Shown here in pieces: positions 19,387-29,301 of a DNA stretch of 64,000 bases. The DNA is from a virus. Numbering within the stretch: the first letter of the stretch is position 1; each line of letters begins with the position of its first letter. The notes under the pieces were generated by a model. It had not been told where the DNA came from. It searched no databases and saw only the letters and a list, made by a program, of their open reading frames with translations. Position numbers and translations under genes: made by a program. The DNA lies in the IMG/VR virus record IMGVR_UViG_3300027969_000060, positions 1 through 64,000 of that record; one strand, 5' to 3'.

Positions 19387-19830
19387 GTGACAGTAACAAA
19401 AGATAAAATTGTTTGTAGCGGTGCGCTATTTTATTCTAGGAATGCCGGTAGGGTATTATTATTACAGAAAGCGCAAGGTAAACACGAGGGCACCTGGGGG
19501 CTTGTAGGCGGTACTACTAACGAAGGTGAAAATCCCTGGCAAGGTTTACAGCGTGAAATTGCTGAAGAAATTGGTTCAATACCTGCTATTATTAAAACCC
19601 TACCATTAGAAACATTTGTATCTAACGATGCTGTTTTTAATTTCCATACCTACTTCTGCATCATTGACAACGAATTTATTCCTATCTTAAGTGATGAGCA
19701 TACTGCATGGGGATGGTTTGACCTAAACTCATTACCTAAACCAGTACATAGTGGGCTAAGTCTTAGTCTGCGTAATAAAATTATACAGACTAAGATTCAA
19801 ACTATCATCGATATCATCGATATTGTTTAA
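19387..19830 (+). CDS. Nudix hydrolase
   Basis: Nudix box G-TTNEG-E-NPWQGLQ-REIAEEIG; later LSDEHTAWGW. Confidence 0.92.
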   Translation: MTVTKDKIVCSGALFYSRNAGRVLLLQKAQGKHEGTWGLVGGTTNEGENPWQGLQREIAEEIGSIPAIIKTLPLETFVSNDAVFNFHTYFCIIDNEFIPILSDEHTAWGWFDLNSLPKPVHSGLSLSLRNKIIQTKIQTIIDIIDIV

Positions 19831-22800
19831 GCCTGTGCTTCACCCCAACGCACAACCAAGTTAGTCGGAATATTTCCAGCACCCGAAGCACGATATACGT
19901 TAATGGCTAATACGTCTGGGCCATTTGGATATGTTCCTCTGCCACCTAATGTAGTATTAGTCAACTCTTTCAACTCTGACAAATCTAGTGAGCTAGTAGT
20001 ACCCGGAGCCGCAATAAACGAAAATACAGTTTCACCCGGTTGTGCGTAAGGCGGTAGACCGAACTGGAATGTAATTGTGCTACCGTTTGAAATGGCTATA
20101 ATTGAACTTTGTGTAAAGTTTATACGATAATATTGTACGCTGGCAAATGATGATAGTGCGCCAATGCTTGCAACTTTTGTACCAGACGGAAACTTAGTTG
20201 GATCAACGATTTCAGTACCAGCAGTTGCACCATAAGTAGCAACTAATGTTTCCCAACTTGCTTTTGTAAAATACAAGAACGAAGTATTAGTTGCAATCAC
20301 CGCTGGTGTAAATGCTATTGTAGAAGCGGCGGTAATAGTACTAGTTGCCGTTTTACTCAATGTTAATGTATAGTACGGAGTAAATGTAAATGTTACCGCA
20401 ACACTGGATGCCTGTGCTGCCAACAATCCAGTATTAAACGTCACTGTATAATAGTTAACACCTGCAAAAGTTTTTACAGCACTAATATTTGAAATTGAAG
20501 TCCCGTTAGCAAACTTAGCAAGGTCATTAACAGTATTACCAACTACCGCTGATCCAATTGGTAATCCAGTCCAACTAGATTGCGTAAAGTTTAATGTTGT
20601 TGCAAGAGATGATGCTTGACCAGTTACAAAGAATGTAGTAGTCGAAGTAGCCAAGTGCGACGATGTTGCGTTTTGGCTCATTGTTAATGTATAATATGAT
20701 AAGCCAGCCGCAATTGCTGGACCTGCAACGTTGGTAACAGTAGTACCTACCGGGTAGTCGGCACTATATATTGCCGAGGTTACAATTCCATTAAGAGCTC
20801 CCCAGCTAGCTTGGGTGACAAATAAAACATTACTACCGCTAATTGTACCGGCAAATGCACCTACAAATTGACTAATACTAACTTGATATGTGCCTACACC
20901 GCCTGATGTCCCAGATAGCTGGGCAGTAATTCGAGTACTTGCGGCTGTTGTTCCGCCAGTTATTGTAGTGTTTGAACTAATGTATCCTGTAACTATACCT
21001 GATACAGTTAGTGTTGTTCCACTAATTGAACAATTACTTGCGGTGGCGCCACCGCCTTGATTAAAAATAGCATTATTAGGAACTGTTACAGTTCCAGTAA
21101 TAAGACCTAATGTTGTTGCAATTGGGGATGGGTTTTCAGTTACGGTTGAAACTGTTGTTCCGCTTGGATATTTTGTTTCACTTGCCGCAACTGAGAATCC
21201 GGTAGTGGCTCCTAAGGTATCCCAGCTGGCCTTATCTAAGTAAAGTATGTTTGAACCAATTGCACTTGCAAAGGCTGCGTTGCTTGGTACTGTTGCTGTT
21301 CCAGTTAATGCCGCAGTAGTTGTGGCAGTACTAGTGGCAGTGGTTGCGCCGCCAGCCCATGATACAGAACCACCAGGGGCTACTTGCGCAAAACTTGGTT
21401 GACCACCTGCTGAACTTCCTGCTAGCCCTGCCCAAGAAATTGCCGTTGGATCTACTGGATAGTTTTGTGGATTTAAAATACCTTCAACAACTAGACCACC
21501 AGTACCTGTATCTGATGTCACTTCGATTGCTTTTAACAACAACTGCGCACGATTAATAAGTTCTCTATCACCTAAGTCGCCAATAATAGCGTTTGACACA
21601 CTTGGTGCTAGTCGAATCAAGAATGCAGTTTGTTTTGTAGTTGATACTTGAATACCGGTAGACGCATAGTTAAACAAATATCCGCGATCTTCGTCAAAGC
21701 GTCCGTCTGTTAACATTGCACTACCCCAGTGACTAATAATTGGACTAATAGTATTGCTGACTAAAATCACACCAGTGTTAACTTCATGAACTGTTGCAGT
21801 ACCTGCACGGAATGTACGCTGGGCACCGCCGACAAAGTTAGTCATTGGGCCTGCTCTAGTACATCCAATTAATGAGTTGCCTGATTTGCCAGTAAACACT
21901 ATTAGTTCGTTATCAACATAGACTACGCCTGATTCATTAGGAAATGCACTTGCATCGTACAATGGGAGTGTTGTTTGAGTAGCAGTTACTGACTGCCGCA
22001 ATTTTCCAATTGCACCTTCATTAATAACTTCGTAACGCACCGGCATGTTACCAGTGCGCATGTAGGCTTCTGTGTTTACGTTTGAGTTACGAATACGATG
22101 GCAGAATACGTAATTACCGTCTGAGCCACGTAACATGTAGTCAATAAATCCAGCGCCGTACCATGACCATTGCATACCGATCATCTGCATTTTTGTAATG
22201 TCAAGATTATAGCCGCTCGGCCCGGTACCGTCTAACCGATCTAAATTAAATTCGCTTTGGTTAATAATTAAATCTTGCACTAGACAAAGTTTACCGCTTA
22301 CGCAATTGCTTGCGCCGCGATAGTCAGGAGTAACTGACATTGATGTTTGACTATATACGTTAGATACAACGTGAGTCATGCCTTTAATAACAATGCGGTC
22401 GCCTGCTTTACATTGATCACGGAAACGTGTGTTTACACCAGTTAATACGTTGCTGTCTTTAGCAATACTTGCCACGCCAGCTAACTGTAAGGTACTTGAA
22501 CGACGACCAACAGCTAATTGTGTTCCATCGTATTGCCAGAACATACCGTTTTGATCGTCATATGTTCCAGCGCGGACCGTTGCACCGTGCCACCCAAGGA
22601 TTGACATCTGTGCCGCAGTAGTAATTGTAGCATATACATTAGCTAATGTTGTTTGTGCTTGAACTTTAAATTGACGTTCTGTAACAATGTCAGTGATTGT
22701 ATATTCGCCGTTGTAGCCAGCTGTGTCAACGCCAATGATTCTAACTCGGCCGCCAACTTGGCACCCGTGATCAACGTCGTCAGTTGTAAACGTAATGTAA

Positions 22801-25800
22801 GAACCAACTGCTGTCCCTGTAGCACCTGCTGATTGCAAACTATAGCTTGGCGCAAATAGTGCGCCCGTAGTATACATAATACCTTTACCAGATTGGTAAC
22901 GAATATATTTCTTACTCATACGAATTGCTTGTGCGCCATGCTGTGGGCCACCAGTACCTAACTGTACACCACCGTCATACGGCCTATGAATAAAGTAACT
23001 GTCCGGTCTTGAATAAACAGTACCTACTAAACTAGTTCCAGTATCAATAGTACCGGTTGTCCTAGCAGTGTATCGAACAACGGTTGAGCTTGGGACACTT
23101 TCTACATAAAAAGGTCCTTTGGCCAGTGCATGATTAGTGCCGGATGATGTTATATCAACTAGTACAGTTGCGCCTGGTACCAGTCCGTGAGCTGAGGAAA
23201 ATGTTAATTGTAATGTTGCAATAGCACTTGTGCTAATACTTGTTGCATCTGGTATACTTGCTATTGTAGATTCACTTAACGATACCGCTGAATAAAAGTC
23301 AACGGCAGCACCAAGAACAGCAGTTCCACTTGCAGTAGCAGATGTCACTATTCCAGCGGCGGTACTAGTAACTGTAACGGTTACATTGTTTGTTGGTGTT
23401 GCGCCATCAAAGTTTGCACCAGCAAATAGAATTTTGTCATTAATTTCGTATCCAGTACCAGCTATATTAGGTACCGCAGTAGTGTATGCTCCGCCTGCTC
23501 GAGTAATATCAAAAGATGCATTTATACCTGGAGCAATTTTAGTTGCTGACAAACTAGTAAATGCCGCATCAACAGATGATGGAGTTCCTGCTGTATTAAA
23601 TGCAAGAATGCCGCCGCCAAAAGAATCTGCGCTAGTAACAGTTAATGTTAGGTCATTTCCTGGAGTTGTTCCTCCAAGTTGAGTACCGTAAATTTTAATA
23701 ATTTCACCGAATGAAAAAGTTGAACCTGGATTATTAATAATAACATCATACGTACCGCTCAACGTGCTAACATCAAATGTTGCATTAATGCCAGATGCAC
23801 TAGTTGTATCAAATGCTAGTGCAGAGTATGATCTCTCTCCACTAACACTGGTACCCGAAACAACATCTACAACGTTAATTAGTCCGCCTACAAAATTTCC
23901 AGTACCTGTAATCGAAGCCGCATAAATTGATCCAACGCCTGCACCAGAGCCTGTTAGATTATTAAACAAGTTAATACCGTTACTAAGATCAACATCAACA
24001 ACAGTAATTGTTAAATTATTTGCAGGTGTTGTGCCACCCAAACTTGTACCTGCGATAGTAATAACATCTCCAGGAGTGTAACCTGTACCCGGAGTGGTAA
24101 CTGTTAGTGCGTATAGGGCTCCAGTGCGTACTACAGTAAATTGAGCACCTGTGCCCGGAGTTCCCGTGGCAGATGTTTGTAATACTCCAGTATATGTTCT
24201 TGTAACTGTGGTCACAGTGACCACAGCATTATTAGCTGGGGCAGTACCACCTAAGTTAGTACCTAGTAGTGTAACAGTTTCGCCAACAGCATAGCCAGTT
24301 CCATTTGAATGAATAGCTAGAGAATATACATTAGTAGGGCTAATTAGAATGTCAAATGCCGCGCCAGTTCCCGATGCACTAGCAGTTCCACTAACAGTTG
24401 AAAAGGTATCTAAGTTAGTTATAGAAGTAATCTTAAGGATTAAATCGTTTGCAGGTGTTGTGCCGCCTAAGTCAGAGCCTAACAATTTAATTCTTGAATT
24501 TAGTACATAGTTGGTGCCGGGACTAGTTACTGTAATATTTGAATAATTTCCAGCTACTCGATCAACACTGAAAACTGCACCAGCTCCTGCTGGAATAATA
24601 TTTGTTCCTGTTTTATTTAAATAGGTTTGTGTTGCACCGCCCCTTACTGAAGTCAACGGTTGTGTAAATATAATAGTATTGCCAATTATGCCGCTTACAA
24701 AAACAGCAGTGCCAGTGCCATTGTCAATAGCCATTCCTTCTAATATTCCAGCTGTATCTACAAAAGAAACAGATGTATCGCCAATCGCTGCCGGAATGCT
24801 AACACTTGCTGTTACTATACCACCAGTACCAACAGTACCCGTTATCTGGGTACCTGGATTAATTCCAGTAGCAGTAATTGGAGCACCAAGTGAAGGTAAT
24901 GCGCCAGTAACTGCAATTTGATCAGTGCCTGATGTAGTTATATATTTTGTTGTAAATGATCCGGTAATACCGTTACTAAACACACTAACAACCGGTTGTC
25001 CAATACTTGCGCCTGTATAAAACGCACCTTTACGTAATTGCGTATAGGTTGTTGCAAGAACTTGGCCATTGCTTGTTCCTACTTTAGCTGTTGAGTAGTA
25101 TGAAAATGTGGTTGGGCTACCTATTGAAATTACAATAAACGTGCCCTCTGCACGACTAAATCCGCTAATGGTATTTGCTAATGCACGAATAGTAATAGGA
25201 GTACCTGCACTAAATCCGTGTGCTCCTGATGTAGTAACTGTGATTAATGAGTTGCCGATACCGGCAGTGCCTGCAGACGCATCTGTTACTACAGTTACTA
25301 CTGCGGTGTCAGATCCTGGAATTTCATATACTGATGGGTATCCACGAGCAACGCCAATCGCTTGCCACTTAGTTGGCTGTAAGCCGTACTCAAAGTCAGC
25401 GTCAAGCATGGACTGTGGCTGTGCAACACGCATACGTTCAATAGCGTCTGTGCCAAAGTCATACGGTCTAGTTTTTTGTTCTTCTGCTTCAATAAAAATT
25501 TGTATATCGTCTGTACTAGAACAGGTACTTGTATCGGCTTGTAATTCTAATACAGTGATGTAATCGGTAACATTAATATATGCTGGATAGTCATCATCTT
25601 GATCAACTCCATTACTATTATGGGGTGAATCAAACGTTGCAGTTGCTCCTAAATTACCGTCACTAAAATTGTAAATAATTTGATTGTTTACACTGTTGGT
25701 AATTAATAATAGTTTATCAAGTGGGTAGTAACCTTGTAATTTAATACTAGTCACGCCGCCTTGAACTGCAGGTAAACTACTTAGACCATTTTGAATAACA

Positions 25801-27686
25801 GAAGTAACAACTCCAGATAGTGTAGTGATTCTTGCACGACTGCCAGCTTCACCAGCAATGCCGCTTAATAATACTCTTGGTTCAGTGTTTTGTAAAGCAG
25901 TATAACTTGTAACAAGGTCAATAATATCAGCCTTATTAGTTTCAATAGCTGTCTTAGCTGTTTGTAATCCGGCAGTAGCCCATGTTACATCTGGAAACGT
26001 TTCGACTATGCTAGTAAGATATGCAAGGGCGGCTGCTTTTGAACCAGAATTAATAACATCTGCAGTAATTTGAACTAGACCCTGGCATGATGTTGCTGTG
26101 CCAGCATTGGCATTGTTACCGGTAGTAATTTGTGTTTCAGTATTGGGACTAGCTCCAGTTGTTGTTTTAGTAACAGTTTGTCCTTGAACCACTTGGCCAA
26201 TAATTGCCTTTAATCTTCCATAGGCTGCAACAGTTACTGCCTTATGTGAAGCAAGGATTCCTGGGGAGCCGTCTGCAAAACTATAGAAAAAGAATTTTGA
26301 TTGAGAATATGTAGCTTGATTGCTGTCATATAAAATATCATAGCAAATTGCATCAACTGCATAGTGTACATCTCTAGTACACTTTGCAGGATCGTGATCA
26401 GCTGCCGGATATGTTGCTGCCACCCATGCGTTAACTTCTGCCGCTAAGAACTCTCTATTGGCAATAATTTTATCTTTGGCAGCTATTTGACTTGCAGTTG
26501 CGCTGGTTGGATTAGGAAATACCAATGGATCTGCCGCTGTACGACCGTTTTGTATGATATTAACCACTTCAGCAAAGAAAGTATTCGATCTGCTAAGAGC
26601 AGTAGCATCAGAAGATACCGCAGTTAGATTTGAAACGGCATTACCTGCTGCCAGTATACTAGTAATAACATTACTACTAGTTTCTAAAGAATTGTATTCT
26701 GCTAGACCTAAAAATACTTGGTTATAATTTGTGCCTAAGGCAACATCATATCTTACGCCATCTAGTAAGTATCCAATGTCTCTGGCACACTTGCCGCCGT
26801 CAAATATTACATTGTTAATTAAATTACGGATGAAAGTATGGGTAGCAATCTCTGGTTTTCGATCGCCGTCAACTTGCGGTATTTCTCCGTTCCAATACTT
26901 GCTACTCATTAATCTTGTACGAACATTTCCACCGTATCTTAAATCGTGTGTGTATGCCTTAACAACATATCCTATGTCGCGCTCGCACTTTGGTCCATCA
27001 TACGTATATCCTGGGAAATTATATACTGAATATACTGTTGTAGGTAATGTTGATAAACCACCATTGATAACATTACTAATGGTATTTTGACAGCCGGCCA
27101 TTTGTGCTATTGCGCCTGCTTCGGCGGCACCGCCTGTGGTATATTGAATCCGTGTATTTCCTACGCTAACCGGACTTAGTGTAATGGCATTTAGTACAAA
27201 CCCTATAATAATATTCCACAAGCGTGTTTGGATTGCAACTTCTACCGCAGGAGCTATAATTTGAATAACTCCGCTTAGATAATATTGGCTTGCTACAAAA
27301 GTTAGACGTTCGTTCCCGCCGTATCTAATATCATAGATAATAGCATCGATAAGGTATCCCATATCTCGCTTACATTTTTCAATTTCTGTAGTTCCGTAGG
27401 TATAGTTATAAAATGTTCCGCCAGCACTGGCAGCGGCAACTTGGGCAGTAGTCCATGCACTCACTTCGTCAATGATAAACAGTTTATTATTTGTTAGTAG
27501 AGTAACAGCTTTAGGATAAAGATTGTTGGCACTATCAACAATAACTTGTTGTGCAATATAAGCGTTTGCTTCTTTTTTAATAAAATCTAAATTAGCATCT
27601 AACAAAGAATATGCATTGGGGTACGCATTACTTGCGTTTGACACTCCCGGTTGAAATACATAATTTGCTATTCTTTTCTTTGACAT
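19827..27686 (-). CDS. Giant virion structural/fibre protein (2619 aa) with four phycobiliprotein-like helical modules and beta-rich repeats
   Basis: Late promoter motif and GGAG RBS. Thr/Ser/Gly/Ala-rich. Four KCxRD modules (C105, C234, C300, C436) and five [10 protein letters not shown]-type repeats. Confidence 0.7.
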   Translation of the reverse strand: [2619 protein letters not shown]

Positions 27687-27707
27687 TTATATCTCCAAGT
27701 CTTGTAT

Positions 27708-28190
27708 TTATGAAAGGGCTACTGCCAGAGCCGCTGCCAAGGCTTTGATGTTTTGTGTACCAACATATAAGTCAGTCGTTGCAGTCAATGTGGTAAAAGT
27801 TCCAGTTGCCGGAGTATCTACACCAATGCTAATATTATCTAAAGTTCCAGTTGTGCCTGAAGTAAGTGTTATAGCACCAGACGGTGTTATAGTAAGGCTA
27901 TTGGAGTTAATTTCAATTAATGGTGCTGTTAAGTTAATAAGTGTATCTGATAAAATATTAATATCTGATCCTGCATCTACACTAAGTCCAGCTAACGTAC
28001 CAACACTAGTTAAACTACTGTTAACAACTGAACTAGCTAGTGTAGTTGTACTTAATACATCAGAGCCGTTGATCTTTAGTGTGCCCGTAGCGTCAAGGGT
28101 AGTTACCGAAAAATTACCGGAGCCGTCGACAGAAAACCCCGGGCTTCTAAAACCCGAAGTTGACGTTAGTTGTTTTTGTATTACACCCAT
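27708..28190 (-). CDS. Small fibre-like structural protein with hydrophobic C-terminal helix
   Basis: SSLTSVGTL and TPATGTFTTL are phage-fibre motifs; ends KALAAALAVALS. Confidence 0.6.
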   Translation of the reverse strand: MGVIQKQLTSTSGFRSPGFSVDGSGNFSVTTLDATGTLKINGSDVLSTTTLASSVVNSSLTSVGTLAGLSVDAGSDINILSDTLINLTAPLIEINSNSLTITPSGAITLTSGTTGTLDNISIGVDTPATGTFTTLTATTDLYVGTQNIKALAAALAVALS

Positions 28191-28244
28191 TGTTGTTCCA
28201 GTTCGTGATTATATCTATATTTATTCGGTATCATGCACATAATT

Positions 28245-29207
28245 TTACACCTCTTGTACAACATAGGTTAATGTAACTGTTATTGCAGATGTTGTACCAC
28301 CGTTGTTATAAATTTTTAAATAAGCACTAGTAGTTACTGGTGATTCTGCATTATATCCGGCAACTGCTGGGCTCATGAATACTAGGTCTGCACTAGCAGT
28401 AATAACTTCTGCTACTACACCGGCGCCTGGTAAGGGATCTGTTGAAATTGTTCTAGATGCATCTGATGTCCTAGCTGCCGAACTAGTGTACAAAGTTACC
28501 CATGCTGCCGAAGACGTTTGTATACTATAAAGCAGATAGCCTTTTGCTATTGCTACGTTTGCTGTTGTACTTGCTCCAGATGCTAAACTCACAGTAGTCG
28601 ATACTGCAGATCTACTAACAGCCGCAGTAGATGATATTACTCCGCCGCTGATAGTAATGCTTGTTCCGTCAACTTTAACGCCGCCTAATACACCACCACT
28701 ACCTACTCCAGCTGTTGGCAAAACGTATGTTGATCCACTGCCGCCACCTTCTGTATTTCCACCAGTACCGGCAGTATAACCTGGGCCCGTCGAAACAGCC
28801 AACGGCGGAGTTAATGGATTAATTGTTTCACCGTAGAATGCCAGCATTGTAACTTTTACACCTAAAAATATCGGGTCAGTTGGGCTAGCTTTTAATGAAA
28901 AAATACTATTGGTTACAGAGGCATCCAACGTGATTAATTCGTCATCAATGCTAGTTCTTCCATATACGTTGTAGCTAGCTTGATCTGGTCTTGCTACTAC
29001 ATTTATGTGCATCACTTCTTTTTTGTTTGAGTTGTGTTCTACTGTAAGTAGATAAGAGGCTGTTGAAAATTCACCGACGTGCCAACTATCAAGTACGGTA
29101 TTTGGAAATACTTGTACCCAATCACCCTTATAGGTTAGGGCAGGCTTTCTTAAAAATTTTAAAATACCCTTCGCACTAGTGGTAAAAAATGAAGATAAAT
29201 TGCTCAT
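28245..29207 (-). CDS. Putative structural protein (320 aa)
   Basis: Likely start is MSNLSSFF at 29207, after a TAAATA motif; the longer ORF overlaps the next gene. YVLPTA...LGGVKVDG is a fibre-type motif. Confidence 0.6.
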   Translation of the reverse strand: MSNLSSFFTTSAKGILKFLRKPALTYKGDWVQVFPNTVLDSWHVGEFSTASYLLTVEHNSNKKEVMHINVVARPDQASYNVYGRTSIDDELITLDASVTNSIFSLKASPTDPIFLGVKVTMLAFYGETINPLTPPLAVSTGPGYTAGTGGNTEGGGSGSTYVLPTAGVGSGGVLGGVKVDGTSITISGGVISSTAAVSRSAVSTTVSLASGASTTANVAIAKGYLLYSIQTSSAAWVTLYTSSAARTSDASRTISTDPLPGAGVVAEVITASADLVFMSPAVAGYNAESPVTTSAYLKIYNNGGTTSAITVTLTYVVQEV

Positions 29208-29247
29208 TATTAGTCTCTTTATAGTATATTTAGCTGACTCAAAACTC

Positions 29248-29276
29248 TTGCTTTCCTTTCTAAAATCTGCTAAATT
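29248..29276 (+). promoter_or_regulatory. Candidate sigma70-type promoter for the GT/SGNH/carbamoyltransferase operon
   Basis: TTGCTT-N17-TAAATT with an extended -10 TG; AGGA RBS before the ATG at 29302. Confidence 0.5.
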
Positions 29277-29301
29277 ATAGTATATTATTATAGGACGGTT
29301 T

